From NCBI GenBank assembly GCA_043813875.1, contig JBDRKP010000042.1, forward strand, positions 1 through 44,357: a stretch of DNA of 44,357 nucleotides, in the 5' to 3' direction. Position 1 is the stretch's first letter, and the number at the start of each line of letters is the position of its first letter. The DNA comes from an archaeon. GTDB lineage: Archaea; EX4484-52; B79-G9. Below the pieces are notes generated by a model, which worked only from the letters and a program-made list of their open reading frames with translations, made no database searches and was not told the origin of the DNA. Shown here piece after piece: positions 9,484 through 19,853 of this stretch. The position numbers were made by a program, and so were the translations under genes.

Positions 9484-10368
9484 ATGAGCATGGAAGATGA
9501 TATATCGGCGAATAAGAGGAAATCGTTTCTGCTTGTGGTTCTTGTCACGTTCGTGCTTGTGGCGCTGGGCTATGTCTTTGCCATGATATATGAGCCGGGT
9601 CTTGTATTCGTTTTCATGATAGTTGCGGTCGTCATATCTACTCTTGGCTCTGTTTTCACTTACTGGAATTCGGATACTCTTGTGCTTGCGGTCACAAAGA
9701 CGAGGGAGCCGACGCCGCTTGAGAGGAAGCACCTGGAGAATGTGGTCGAGGGGCTTGCAATCGCAGCGGGGATACCTGCGCCGCGCATATATATTATCGA
9801 TGATGAGAAGAACCTGAATGCTTTTGCCACGGGGCGCGATCCGGAGCATGCGCTTATCGCGGTGACTTCTCTGCTTCTTCGGACCATGAAGCGGGATGAG
9901 CTTGAGGGTGTCATCGCGCATGAGATGAGCCACATAAGGAACTATGACATACGTTTTGCGACGTTCATGGCTGTGCTTGTCGGAATCATTGTCATCGCGT
10001 CGCAGATATTCTTAAGAAGCCTGTGGTTTGGTGGCGGGAACAATAACCGCGGCAAGGGGAATGCGATATTCATCGTACTTGGCGTGGTGCTTGCGATTCT
10101 TGCGCCTATCCTCACGCAGATGATACAGCTTGCCGCATCAAGGCAGAGGGAGTATCTTGCTGATGCAAGCGGGGCGCGCATTACGCGATATCCGGAGGGG
10201 CTGGCAAAGGCGCTTGAGAGGATTAAGAACACGAACGTGAATACGAAGGTCAACGGCGCTGTGTCTCATATGTATTTTTCGAATCCGATGCTTTTGAAGA
10301 ATGCGAACTCACTTTTCGCTACGCATCCGCCGATCGATGAGAGGATAAAGAGATTGCGGGCGATGTAG
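9484..10368 (+). CDS. htpX: M48 zinc metalloprotease HtpX
   Basis: NAFATGR, ELEGVIAHEMSH (HEXXH), SRQREYLADA, LFATHPP..ERI; operon with lemA. Confidence 0.95.
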   Translation: MSMEDDISANKRKSFLLVVLVTFVLVALGYVFAMIYEPGLVFVFMIVAVVISTLGSVFTYWNSDTLVLAVTKTREPTPLERKHLENVVEGLAIAAGIPAPRIYIIDDEKNLNAFATGRDPEHALIAVTSLLLRTMKRDELEGVIAHEMSHIRNYDIRFATFMAVLVGIIVIASQIFLRSLWFGGGNNNRGKGNAIFIVLGVVLAILAPILTQMIQLAASRQREYLADASGARITRYPEGLAKALERIKNTNVNTKVNGAVSHMYFSNPMLLKNANSLFATHPPIDERIKRLRAM

Positions 10369-10378
10369 GCCGCAGATA

Positions 10379-10549
10379 TTATTTTTTGATCTGCGCATCA
10401 ATAAGTTTTTTTTGCTGTGCGCTCCAGACTTCATCTGGAGTCTCTTTGATGTAGCCTACCCAGAAGTCTATGAACTTCAGGCGCTCTTCAAAGTTCCTCT
10501 GCTTTTTTTTAGCCAGTTCTTTCTTGCTTATTTTAAGATCAGTTGTCAT
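10379..10549 (-). CDS. Small hypothetical protein, 56 aa (MTTDLKISKKELAKKKQRNFEERLKFIDFWVGYIKETPDEVWSAQQKKLIDAQIKK)
   Basis: Hand-translated ORF below the track cutoff; fills the htpX-gpmI gap; protein-like helical composition; resembles small conserved archaeal hypotheticals. Confidence 0.7.
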   Translation of the reverse strand: MTTDLKISKKELAKKKQRNFEERLKFIDFWVGYIKETPDEVWSAQQKKLIDAQIKK

Positions 10550-10611
10550 ATCAATGTCCTATAACTAAGTGGATAACCAACTTATAAAAATATGTGAGAC
10601 CAAGAAGTAGG

Positions 10612-12192
10612 ATGGTTCAAAAAGGTGCTTTCAAGGTCAAAAAGCGCGTCGTCCTTGTGGTGGCTGACGGGTGGGGGATTGCGCCTGCGGGTCCGGGAAA
10701 TTATATTGATATGGCTAGGACTCCTAATTTTGACGGATTTCTTAAAAAATATCCGCACTGCATCAATCTGGCTTCGGGGACTGCTGTCGGGCTGCCGCCC
10801 GGCTCGCAGGGGAATTCGGAGGTAGGGCATCTGCATATGGGTGCCGGGCGAATCGTGTGGCAGATGTATCAGCTTATCAATAACGCAATCGATGACAAGG
10901 GTTTTTTTAAGAATAAGGCGCTTGTCTCTGCAATAGATCATGCGAAGAAGAATAATTCAAAGCTCCATATCATGGGGATGTGTTCTGATGAAGGGGTGCA
11001 TTCGCATGTCAACCACTTGTTCGCACTTCTCATGATGGCGAAAGAACATGGATTGACTGAGGTCTATGTCCATTTTTTCGCTGACGGACGGGATGTGCCT
11101 GAGAAGTCGGCTAAGAAGTATGTCAAGATGGTGGAGGATGAGATCAGGCGAATAGGGGTCGGCAGGATCGCGTCGATTGTAGGACGGTATTATTCGATGG
11201 ACCGGGACACTAACTGGGACAGGACCCGAAAGGCGTATGACATGCTCACGAAGGCTGAGGGGTTCCGGGCGAAGAGCGCACAAGACGCAGTCGAGATGGC
11301 GTATGAGCGCGGGGACAAGACGGACTATTATATCCAGCCGACGGTCATTGTCGATGATTCTGATGAGGCAATCGCTACGGTGGATGACGGGGATTCAGTG
11401 ATATTTTTTAATTTCAGAATCGATAGGACACGGCAGCTTACGAAAGCGTTTGTCTTTGATGAGTTTGACTATTTCAAAAGAGATGTGCGCCCTAATGTTC
11501 TTTTCACTACCATGTCCAAGTATGATAAGAACATCGAGTGCCTGGTGGCTTATACGGAAGAGACTGTCGAGAATAATCTCGGGAAGATGCTTTCGGGGTG
11601 CGGCCTTTTGCAGCTGCGGATGGCTGAAACTGAGAAATATGCTCATGTCACTTATTATTTCAATTCGATGGTTGAGAAGCCGAATGCTGGTGAAGAGAGA
11701 CTCATGATACCGTCATCGAAGGTGAGTTCATATGACCAGAAGCCACAGATGTCTGCTTATGAGATCGCAGATGAGGCGGCAAGGCAGATATCAAAGAAGA
11801 AATATGATTTCGTGCTGGTGAATTTCGCCAACTGCGACCTTGTGGGGCATTCTGCTGTGAAGGAGGCGATCATAAGGTGCGTCGAGGTTGTCGATGAGTG
11901 CTGTGCGAAGATCGCTTCGGCGGGGCTTAATAATGATTATGTGGTCATCATCACTGCTGATCACGGGAGCGCGGAGGATAAGCTTTATCCTGATGGTGTG
12001 CTAAAGCCTGCGCATTCTTCCAATCCGGTGCCGTTTATTCTTGTCTCAACAGATGAGAATCTGATGAAGGTCACGCTTCTTGACGGGGGACAGAAGGATG
12101 TGGCGCCAACCATCCTTGATATAATGGGAATGAAGAAGCCGAAGGAGATGACGGGGAAGAGCTTAATTATTGGGAAACAGAATACCATATAG
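10612..12192 (+). CDS. gpmI: 2,3-bisphosphoglycerate-independent phosphoglycerate mutase (GpmI type)
   Basis: DGWG, GLP.G..GNSEVGH, DGRDV, GRYYSMDRD.NWDR, AETEKYAHVT, NCDLVGH, TADHG. Confidence 0.95.
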   Translation: MVQKGAFKVKKRVVLVVADGWGIAPAGPGNYIDMARTPNFDGFLKKYPHCINLASGTAVGLPPGSQGNSEVGHLHMGAGRIVWQMYQLINNAIDDKGFFKNKALVSAIDHAKKNNSKLHIMGMCSDEGVHSHVNHLFALLMMAKEHGLTEVYVHFFADGRDVPEKSAKKYVKMVEDEIRRIGVGRIASIVGRYYSMDRDTNWDRTRKAYDMLTKAEGFRAKSAQDAVEMAYERGDKTDYYIQPTVIVDDSDEAIATVDDGDSVIFFNFRIDRTRQLTKAFVFDEFDYFKRDVRPNVLFTTMSKYDKNIECLVAYTEETVENNLGKMLSGCGLLQLRMAETEKYAHVTYYFNSMVEKPNAGEERLMIPSSKVSSYDQKPQMSAYEIADEAARQISKKKYDFVLVNFANCDLVGHSAVKEAIIRCVEVVDECCAKIASAGLNNDYVVIITADHGSAEDKLYPDGVLKPAHSSNPVPFILVSTDENLMKVTLLDGGQKDVAPTILDIMGMKKPKEMTGKSLIIGKQNTI

Positions 12193-12213
12193 CTATTGAG
12201 AAAATGTGGAAGA

Positions 12214-12939
12214 TTATGACGATTTTTGATGTAATGGGGCAAAATATTGGAGTCTAGGCGACAAAGCATATCCTATTGGTTCTATTGTTTTTATTATTCC
12301 ATCCAATTCCCTAATTTGATTGTTTAAGTCGGTTATATTATTTCTGATAGCATCGACGTCATAGGGAGACTTTGTAGCTGCCCCCTTTTTTTGATTAATC
12401 GTTTTTGTGTTTAAAGGGATTCCTTCCATTTTACCTAATACCAGACCTGACTGCCCGAGTATTTCTGCTATATCTATACCCTCTTGTAATGTTTCTTTGT
12501 ATATTTCGCATTCGATAAGTTCGTTATTAGGCGTCAATGTACCACTTATTAATGCATCTTTGTATATTCTGCATTTGACTATTTTATTATAATCCTTCAA
12601 TATAACTTCATCTGATCTATTATCGTAAGTGAAGCCTCTGATGCGTTTGCTTTTAGAAGACAAAATACCAAGAGCCATGTCAGAGTGATTATATAATCCA
12701 AATTCTATACTATCGGAATCGAGTATTACTTGGCTACTGTAACAAGGCATTGTCTCTAATAATTTTTCCAGAATTTGATATTTCTTAAAAGAAATATTTA
12801 CCTGATTTGTTTTTCCTTTTTTTACGGTGTTAATAAAGTCATCTAAGGTCGCGAATGATATTGTTTTTTTAAGTCCAAGCAATTTACTTTCTTTTAATAG
12901 ACCAACTGGATTGTATAATATTTTACTTTCGGAGTCCAT
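12214..12939 (-). CDS. Hypothetical AT-rich protein
   Basis: ~241-aa ORF, low GC, GTGA SD 5 nt before ATG 12939; no recognisable motif. Confidence 0.65.
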   Translation of the reverse strand: MDSESKILYNPVGLLKESKLLGLKKTISFATLDDFINTVKKGKTNQVNISFKKYQILEKLLETMPCYSSQVILDSDSIEFGLYNHSDMALGILSSKSKRIRGFTYDNRSDEVILKDYNKIVKCRIYKDALISGTLTPNNELIECEIYKETLQEGIDIAEILGQSGLVLGKMEGIPLNTKTINQKKGAATKSPYDVDAIRNNITDLNNQIRELDGIIKTIEPIGYALSPRLQYFAPLHQKSS

Positions 12940-13045
12940 TAAAATCACTTAGTTTAGCATACGATTTATTTTAATAAGAATAAAAGTGGAAGATATATTT
13001 ATAAATCTTTGTTATTGATACTACTAGATAGTTATTTCGTTGACT

Positions 13046-14164
13046 CTATATTTCCTGAAGCGCATGAAATATCATAACCAGTTGCTTGATGCCTGTTCTT
13101 ATTGGCGCTTTGTATAAATATTCGTCTTTTGAGTGGGTGCCCTTGGCATCTGTTATCCCTATGGTGACGCTCGGCAGCCCCAGGCTGACGGGATAGTTCG
13201 AGTCTGTGCTGCCTATGTCGTCGATTGTCTTTATGCCGAGATCCGTGTGGATATCTTTTATCAGGTCTATGAGCCATCTTTCTTTCATCTCGCCTGCGGG
13301 CCTTTCGTCAAGGATGGCTGTCTCTATGGCCAGGCCTGATTTTCTCATGCCGCTGATCAACGAGGCGATGTCGTCTTTTAGTGTCTCGATGATGTCCTGA
13401 TCCAGCGAGCGTATCTCTAGTGAGAACGTGACCTCTTCTGGTATCGAGTTCACGGAGGTGCCGCCTTTTATGGTGCCTATGTTCAATGTGGTTTTCGGGT
13501 CTTTTGGCAGATTCATCGAGGCAAGATGCTGTATGAGGGCTGATGCTTTGACGATGGTGTTCGGGGTGTCTGAATCGCGCCAGCTGTGGCCGCCTTTCCC
13601 GCGGAGCGTGATGTCTGTCCTGTGGCTGCCTACTACTTTTTTTGTTAGGCGGCCGCTCATGTGGCCTTCGATGCAGATGTGCGCCTTTATCCTGTCTTTT
13701 GGGGTGCTGTCGAAGAAATGGCGGATGCCTCTCAAGTTGCCGGGGGCTTCCTCTCCGACGTTGAATAGTAAAATTGTGTCGTTTTTCGGGATGATATTGT
13801 TCTCTTTTATGTATCCTGCAAGGCAAAGGAGCGCGGCGATTCCCATAGCATCATCGCAGATGCCGGGGCATGCGATCGTGTCTTTGTCTTCTTTTATCTC
13901 AAGTTTTGTGCCTTTTGGGAATGCTGTGTCAACATGGGCTGAGAATACGAGGATTTGTGGGCTCTTGCCTTTGATTGTGAGGCGCAGGTTGCCGACCTTG
14001 TCGATCTCTGCGTCTTTGTAGCCGAGAGCCTCAAGGCGATTTTTCAGGAATGATATCCTTTTTTCTTCCTTAAATGGAGGGGAGGGGATGAGCGTGATCT
14101 TTTTCAGGTCGATTATGACGCTTCCATAGTTCCGGTCTATAATATCACTGATCGACTTCATCAT
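13046..14164 (-). CDS. M20/M25/M40 family metallo-hydrolase
   Basis: SAHVDT, PGICDD..G, GEE, GGHSW, NIGTIKGGTSVNSIP, STDSN, HSKDE. Confidence 0.9.
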   Translation of the reverse strand: MMKSISDIIDRNYGSVIIDLKKITLIPSPPFKEEKRISFLKNRLEALGYKDAEIDKVGNLRLTIKGKSPQILVFSAHVDTAFPKGTKLEIKEDKDTIACPGICDDAMGIAALLCLAGYIKENNIIPKNDTILLFNVGEEAPGNLRGIRHFFDSTPKDRIKAHICIEGHMSGRLTKKVVGSHRTDITLRGKGGHSWRDSDTPNTIVKASALIQHLASMNLPKDPKTTLNIGTIKGGTSVNSIPEEVTFSLEIRSLDQDIIETLKDDIASLISGMRKSGLAIETAILDERPAGEMKERWLIDLIKDIHTDLGIKTIDDIGSTDSNYPVSLGLPSVTIGITDAKGTHSKDEYLYKAPIRTGIKQLVMIFHALQEI

Positions 14165-14262
14165 ATCGCCTCACTTGCGCGCTAAATAGGTTGAATATAG
14201 CGCTGTTATCAACGAATCATCCGCAATATCATCTTTTATTTTTTTGTCGCCAATACTTATAT

Positions 14263-14844
14263 ATGAATATCAAAAATGAGATTCGTGTCATCGGCTTCGA
14301 CGACGGGCCGTTTGTCCACAAAAGTGGTGGGAGGGCGCTTTTAGTCGGAGTCATACTTCGGGCTTCTGAGTATCTTGACGGGGTGCTCAGTACGTATGTT
14401 ACTGTCGACGGGCTTGATGCTACGGATAAGGTGATTGGGCTTGTCAATAATTCCAAGCATTTTGACCAGTTGCGCGTTATTCTTTTTGACGGGCTTGCTG
14501 TCGCCGGGTTCAACCTGATAGATATCCATAAGGTCGCAACTCTTACCGGGAAGGCGGTGATCGCGGTGACGGGCACCAGGCCTGACCGGGAGAAGTTCTT
14601 ATCTGCGCTGAAGAATCTTGACAGATATGACGAGAGGGTTGCGATTGTCGATAGCGCGGGGGATGTGTTGGATGTCGAGGTGCGCGGGAGGATGATATAT
14701 TTCCAGTGTGCTGGTATTACGGAGGATGAGGCCAGGGTGATACTTCTGAAGGCGTCGTGCAGGAGCGCTATCCCAGAGGCCATACGGATGGCTCATCTGA
14801 TCGCTAGGGGAATAGTGGACGGTGAGTCCCGTGGCAGGCCATAG
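14263..14844 (+). CDS. DUF99 family protein (endonuclease V-like / endonuclease dU)
   Basis: RVIGFDDGPF, VDGLDAT, DGLAVAGFNLID, IPEAIRMAHLIA. Confidence 0.9.
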   Translation: MNIKNEIRVIGFDDGPFVHKSGGRALLVGVILRASEYLDGVLSTYVTVDGLDATDKVIGLVNNSKHFDQLRVILFDGLAVAGFNLIDIHKVATLTGKAVIAVTGTRPDREKFLSALKNLDRYDERVAIVDSAGDVLDVEVRGRMIYFQCAGITEDEARVILLKASCRSAIPEAIRMAHLIARGIVDGESRGRP

Positions 14845-14858
14845 GATAAGGACAGACT

Positions 14859-15614
14859 CTAAACAGTCATCTTTTCGCCGTCTTTTGGGAATATGACGTA
14901 GCCGCTGTAGATTTGTGATATCTCTTTTTTTATTGATTTTGTCTTGTCTTTTACTTCGCGGGATATGTGGACGAGGGCGAGGGTTTTTGAGCGGGAGTTT
15001 TTTGCGCACAGGCCGACCGAGAGGAATGATGAGTGGTTTTTTGGGCCTTTTTCGTCTTTTACCTTCTGGAACGTATAGGCTTCATGTACCAGGATGTCTG
15101 TCTCTTTTGCAAGGTCGGCGATGTCTTTTGAATATGCTGTGTCACCTGTGTATACGAGTGATTTTTTTTCGAGGTCTATGCGGATTGAATATGACGATTC
15201 TGCGTGCTCTGCTTTTGCGAATGTGAGTTCTGCCTTGCCGAGGGATATCTTAGATTTACTGTCAATCTCTTTGAATGTCAGGTCAAAGCCTAGATTTTCT
15301 ATGAATGTCGCGTAGGCGAGTGATGTTAGGTCGCGGATGTATAATTCTATGCCTTTTGCGCCTATGATTGTAAGGGGTTCTGTTCTTTTTTCTTCGTGGT
15401 ATCTTAGAAGGAGTGAGGGGATGCCGAATGTGTGGTCGGCGTGGAAGTGGGATATGTATATCGCCCTGATGTTTTTGTATAGGCCTTCTTTCCAGATGCC
15501 TTGGATCGCTGAAAAACCGCAGTCTAGCAGGAGCCCGATGTCTTCTATGAAGATGCTCGTGTTTCTCTGGCTTTCGTCAAATGCTTCGCCGACACCGATA
15601 AATCTTATGTCCAT
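14859..15614 (-). CDS. Ribonuclease Z-like metallo-beta-lactamase fold hydrolase
   Basis: LLDCG, SHFHADH (HxHxDH), YTGDT, LVHEA, NHS, LVHIS. Confidence 0.85.
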   Translation of the reverse strand: MDIRFIGVGEAFDESQRNTSIFIEDIGLLLDCGFSAIQGIWKEGLYKNIRAIYISHFHADHTFGIPSLLLRYHEEKRTEPLTIIGAKGIELYIRDLTSLAYATFIENLGFDLTFKEIDSKSKISLGKAELTFAKAEHAESSYSIRIDLEKKSLVYTGDTAYSKDIADLAKETDILVHEAYTFQKVKDEKGPKNHSSFLSVGLCAKNSRSKTLALVHISREVKDKTKSIKKEISQIYSGYVIFPKDGEKMTV

Positions 15615-15688
15615 CCTACATTATGATTAGGCTAAATTTATAAATCTGGGCTCCAAAAGGGTATTAACTGTTTTTAGGAGATGATGTC

Positions 15689-16264
15689 ATGAATAAGATC
15701 GTTATTGTTACCGGCATTCCAGGGAGCGGGAAGACTACTGTGCTTGATGCTGCGCTGCCTGTGCTTGAAAAAGAGGGTGTCAGGTATAAGTCTGTCAATT
15801 ACGGGACCGTGATGTTTGATATCGCAAGGCACATGGGGATCGCAAAGGACAGGGATGATATGCGAAAGCTTGAGCCTGAGAAGCAGAAGGAGATACAGAA
15901 GAGCGCGGGAAAGAAGATCGCTTCCATGGCTACGACGACTTCGGTCATCGTCGATACGCACTGCACCATCAATACGCCGAAAGGGTACCTTCCGGGGCTT
16001 CCTGAATGGGTCTTAAAGGAGATCATGCCGAATATCATTGTCCTTGTGGAGGCGGATTCAAAGCATATAGCGACGAGGAGAAGCAGCGATGCATCACGCG
16101 CCAGGGATGCTGAATCTGCTCTTGAGATACAGTATCACCAGGATATCAACCGGGCCGCTGCAATTGCTTATTGTGTCATGACCGGGGCGACGACCAAGAT
16201 AATCAGGAACGATCAGGGTAAATTAGAGAGATCTGTCAAGGATATGGCTGATGTTTTGAGATGA
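15689..16264 (+). CDS. adkA: Adenylate kinase (archaeal type)
   Basis: TGIPGSGKTT, NYG.VM, RDDMRKL, VDTH..I.TPKGYLPGLP.WVL. Confidence 0.95.
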   Translation: MNKIVIVTGIPGSGKTTVLDAALPVLEKEGVRYKSVNYGTVMFDIARHMGIAKDRDDMRKLEPEKQKEIQKSAGKKIASMATTTSVIVDTHCTINTPKGYLPGLPEWVLKEIMPNIIVLVEADSKHIATRRSSDASRARDAESALEIQYHQDINRAAAIAYCVMTGATTKIIRNDQGKLERSVKDMADVLR

Positions 16265-16329
16265 GTGTTTTTACTGCTCAGATACAACATAACGAAAGAA
16301 TTATAAATTAATACACCCAGTTCTATTGA

Positions 16330-17484
16330 ATGAGTTTACATAATTATATAGAAAGACACATAGTAGATCTGCCAAAACACATTCTAAGTATTGAAGACCT
16401 TACTATAGGGCAGATAAATTATATTTTTGGTCTTACAGATGAACTCAAAGAAAATCCGGATATTTCAGAATATTATGATATTTTAAAAGAGAAATGTGTT
16501 TTTTCTCATTTTGAAGAAGCTAGTTCAAGAACGAGACTTTCAAGTGAAAGAGCAGCTTATGATTTAGGTGTGTTTGGAAATCATCTTGGCCCTGGTGAAA
16601 GTTCTGTAGAAAAAGGAGAAATATTAGAAGATATTGTCAATACGTATGAAACCAATAAGGCCAACATACTTGTCATCAGAGGAGATTATGATCTGAAATA
16701 TCAATTAACAGAGGAACAACTAATAAATTGCAAAACCCGCCTTATAAATGCTGGTGATAAACGAGAGCATCCAACGCAGGCATTACTTGATCTCTATTTA
16801 CTGATGAAAAAAGCCAATGTTGATGACATAAGAGACTTAAATCTTGATGTCGTATTTGTAGGCCACACAAACGGATATAGAGCAGCCCAGTCATTAGTCA
16901 AAGGACTTACCAAATATACAAGATGTAATGTAAGCAATATCTTACCTGTCGGCGGCGAAGCAATGGGAATGGAATGGGGCTTGAAAAATGTTGTGAAACT
17001 AAAAGTATATCCATATCCTTATGTTACTGAGTTAGAAAATATCGATATAGACAATATAAAAGAATTAGAAGTTTATAATGAGGAGGATGCGCAGTCAATT
17101 GATAGATGGCTTATTAAAGGCGATGAACTAGAAATGTTCATATCTTCAAGAAAACAATATCAGGAGAAATTGGCTGAAGGAATAAAGAATGCTGATGTTC
17201 TTTATTTCTGCAGGTCAACCAATAAAGGTGATCCTGCAATAGTCCATGGATTAACACCTCGATTTGTCGATGAAAACGCAAAGGACACAATGAGCATAAT
17301 GCATCCAAGACCGATAGGTTGTAAAGAGCTTGATAGAAGATTTGATAATACAAAAAGAGACTTTTACACGTATGCACAACCAATTGCGGGTTATGATGTT
17401 AGAAAAGCATTATTTTTCGCGATGCTGATTGAGGATAATCTGTTGAATAATACATATCAAGCCACTTTGGAGGACTTTGTATAA
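16330..17484 (+). CDS. Divergent aspartate carbamoyltransferase-like protein (ATCase/OTCase superfamily)
   Basis: F.E.SSRTRLS, SSVEKGE..ED, INAGD...HPTQALLD, MHPRP; low GC; internal insertion. Confidence 0.8.
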   Translation: MSLHNYIERHIVDLPKHILSIEDLTIGQINYIFGLTDELKENPDISEYYDILKEKCVFSHFEEASSRTRLSSERAAYDLGVFGNHLGPGESSVEKGEILEDIVNTYETNKANILVIRGDYDLKYQLTEEQLINCKTRLINAGDKREHPTQALLDLYLLMKKANVDDIRDLNLDVVFVGHTNGYRAAQSLVKGLTKYTRCNVSNILPVGGEAMGMEWGLKNVVKLKVYPYPYVTELENIDIDNIKELEVYNEEDAQSIDRWLIKGDELEMFISSRKQYQEKLAEGIKNADVLYFCRSTNKGDPAIVHGLTPRFVDENAKDTMSIMHPRPIGCKELDRRFDNTKRDFYTYAQPIAGYDVRKALFFAMLIEDNLLNNTYQATLEDFV

Positions 17485-18057
17485 TTATCGTCCTATCAAT
17501 CTCTTCTTTTCGATAAACTCGATTACTTCCTGTTTCAGTTCCTCTACTGATTTGCTGTCTGTGTCGAGAATAAGATCGAAGACGCCAAGGTCCTTGTCGA
17601 GGGTGTAGCCGTACATGCGCCTGTAGAGTTCGATGTTTTCCTTGTCGCGCTTCTTTACGGCAACGATTGCGCTTTCCAGTGTGCTTACGTCGCGGGTCTT
17701 TATCCTTTTCGCGCGTGTGGCCGGGCTTGCGTTGAGCCAGATCTTTATGCCTCTTGCGCCGAGCCATGGGAGCGCCCACGAGGTGATTGAAACATTACCT
17801 GCTTCTGCCTTCTTTTTGAGGAAGTCGTCGACTTCCCTGTCGAAGTCCTCATTGGTCTTGCGCTCTTTTAAGAACCTCATGCCGTCTTCTGTCTCCCACC
17901 AGTCGTCGCCTGAGAAATGATAGCCCTTTTTTATCGCTATCTCTTTCAAGGCATCGCCGCCGCAGATGTATTTTAGGCCGTAGTGGTTCGCAAGGGCTTT
18001 TGCGAGGGTGGTCTTTCCTGAGCCGGCCATGCCGGAGATGATGATTGTCAGTGCCAT
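17485..18057 (-). CDS. cmk: Cytidylate kinase (archaeal type)
   Basis: ISGMAGSGKTTLAK, GD..KEIA, DREVD, KIWLNAS..TRAKRI, R...Y...YG, DLILDT. Confidence 0.88.
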   Translation of the reverse strand: MALTIIISGMAGSGKTTLAKALANHYGLKYICGGDALKEIAIKKGYHFSGDDWWETEDGMRFLKERKTNEDFDREVDDFLKKKAEAGNVSITSWALPWLGARGIKIWLNASPATRAKRIKTRDVSTLESAIVAVKKRDKENIELYRRMYGYTLDKDLGVFDLILDTDSKSVEELKQEVIEFIEKKRLIGR

Positions 18058-18125
18058 GTTAATCACAAGTCTAATTTCTGAAGTATTAGGACACTAAATT
18101 ATATAAAAGTCATGGTCGGAAAGGG

Positions 18126-19724
18126 CTAGAGTTCTTTTATGTAGCTGATAAGTCTTTCCAGGACTTCGTCTTTTGCGCTCTCTATGAATTTTACCGAGCC
18201 TGCGACTTCGTGGCCGCCGCCTGATACCATCCCGTGCGGGATGTCTTTTTCGAGGCGCTTCACTAACAGGTTCACGTTGAAGCCTTTTTTTTCGCAGCCT
18301 TCGTTTGAGCGCATTGTTATGAAATCAGGGCCATGACCGATCGAGACTATGTCTTTTGAGGGATGCTTTTCGTTCAAGGTGTCGTTTAAGATACCTATGG
18401 ATTTGCCAGGGGCAGGGTATTCGCCGCGCTGTGTCGATCCTGTTATGTCTATGATGGCCAGTATCATGCCGTTTTTTAGGGTCTCGACTTTGACGTATTT
18501 CAACAAGGTATTGATCTGTATGGCTATCTTTGCCTGGATTTCGCTGAAAAGAAGGTCTATCGCTTTGGTGTTGTTTTCGCCGGAACTGATGAGGTCATAT
18601 ATCAGGCCTGAGTCCTGCATGAATCTCAGGTACTGGGCCTCGTAGTCTACGCACTGGGCGATCTTTTTGAGGTATTCTGTGTCTGTGCCTGCTTTTTTTA
18701 AGTACTGCTCAAACTCAGGACCTTTTGACCTGTCGCCGATGCCGGCAAGAGCAGGGAGCTGTTTTAGGTCCTCTGTTGCAGGATTGATGATGCGGGAAAG
18801 TTCGTATGCGAGCATGCCTGCTGTGATGTCTTTTGTGCCGCCGACTAGATACGGGTTGATGTGGACATCGACGTAGTCATCGACTACTGATTTCTTATTT
18901 TCAACCGGGGTGAAGTGATGGTCTACGACCAGTATAGGGATGTTGTATATCTTCGCTTTCCTTATGCTTAGAAGATCTTCGGCTGTGGAGCCGTTGTCTA
19001 CGAGTATGACGAGGGGCTCAATCTTCTGGAAGCGATCAACTGCTCTTTTTGCGAATGAGAGGTCTTTCAGGACGTCTGAATATTCGTAGAAGGGGGTGGT
19101 CGAGGGCATGCGGTCGAAGTGGTGCCATTTGTCGCGCTCGCCGACGCGGGCTTCTATCAGGGGCATTATGGCTTTCTCGAGGGCGATGGCTCCTGCGTAG
19201 CCGTCCATGTCCGCATGGTGGCGGATGAGTATGGGGCGGCCTTCGTAGATTGATTTTTTTATGAGTTTGGAGGCGCTCCTGAACTTGTCTTTCAGGGCGT
19301 CAAGCACCTCGCTTTTTATCGTGAAGGTGATGGATGATTCGTCCTCTTGTTTTTGGGGGTCAAGCATGTCATCGAGTTTTAAGGGTATGTCTTCTATCCT
19401 TTGCAGCTGGTTTATGTTTACTCTTTTTATGCCCTCTTTCATCTCTACGCGGATCTCTGCCCTTATGCTGTCGTTTTCCTGTACCTCGGGGTACGAGCGC
19501 TCGCCCGGGGAGATGAAGCCGGCTATGTCGAGGGGGCCGGTATCGTCTCTTGTCTTGAAGATTGTCGGGCCGCGTGTCTGGATGATCTTTGTCACTTTTG
19601 CCTCAATCGTATAGACTCCGCTTTCCTTGTCGTTTATGTCTTTCAGGCTTGTGATTGAGGTCTCTTCTTTTTTCTTCTTTATCCTGATCGTGATGTTTCC
19701 GTATTGCTTGTCTTTCATTTCCAT
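18126..19724 (-). CDS. Archaeal RecJ-like DHH/DHHA1 phosphoesterase with N-terminal OB fold
   Basis: QTRGPTIF OB fold, RHHADMDG, DNGST.ED, VDHH, HINPY, GGGHEVAG. Confidence 0.88.
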   Translation of the reverse strand: MEMKDKQYGNITIRIKKKKEETSITSLKDINDKESGVYTIEAKVTKIIQTRGPTIFKTRDDTGPLDIAGFISPGERSYPEVQENDSIRAEIRVEMKEGIKRVNINQLQRIEDIPLKLDDMLDPQKQEDESSITFTIKSEVLDALKDKFRSASKLIKKSIYEGRPILIRHHADMDGYAGAIALEKAIMPLIEARVGERDKWHHFDRMPSTTPFYEYSDVLKDLSFAKRAVDRFQKIEPLVILVDNGSTAEDLLSIRKAKIYNIPILVVDHHFTPVENKKSVVDDYVDVHINPYLVGGTKDITAGMLAYELSRIINPATEDLKQLPALAGIGDRSKGPEFEQYLKKAGTDTEYLKKIAQCVDYEAQYLRFMQDSGLIYDLISSGENNTKAIDLLFSEIQAKIAIQINTLLKYVKVETLKNGMILAIIDITGSTQRGEYPAPGKSIGILNDTLNEKHPSKDIVSIGHGPDFITMRSNEGCEKKGFNVNLLVKRLEKDIPHGMVSGGGHEVAGSVKFIESAKDEVLERLISYIKEL

Positions 19725-19853
19725 TATTATCAGCTCTTTTTTTTATTTTTGTTTTAGTGTATTTATGGGGTATGTTATATAAAGATGATGGTCTTTCTTA
19801 TAGGCGGCATTTGCGCATTAACTATAAATAAAATATCTGCCTATATGTTGGTT

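Noticed and set aside
8998..9933. Long antisense ORFs (e.g. 8998-9933, 23986-24723, 27024-27830, 38130-39140, 38539-39375)
   Set aside because: They lie opposite well-supported genes and have no motifs; they are shadow ORFs from codon bias
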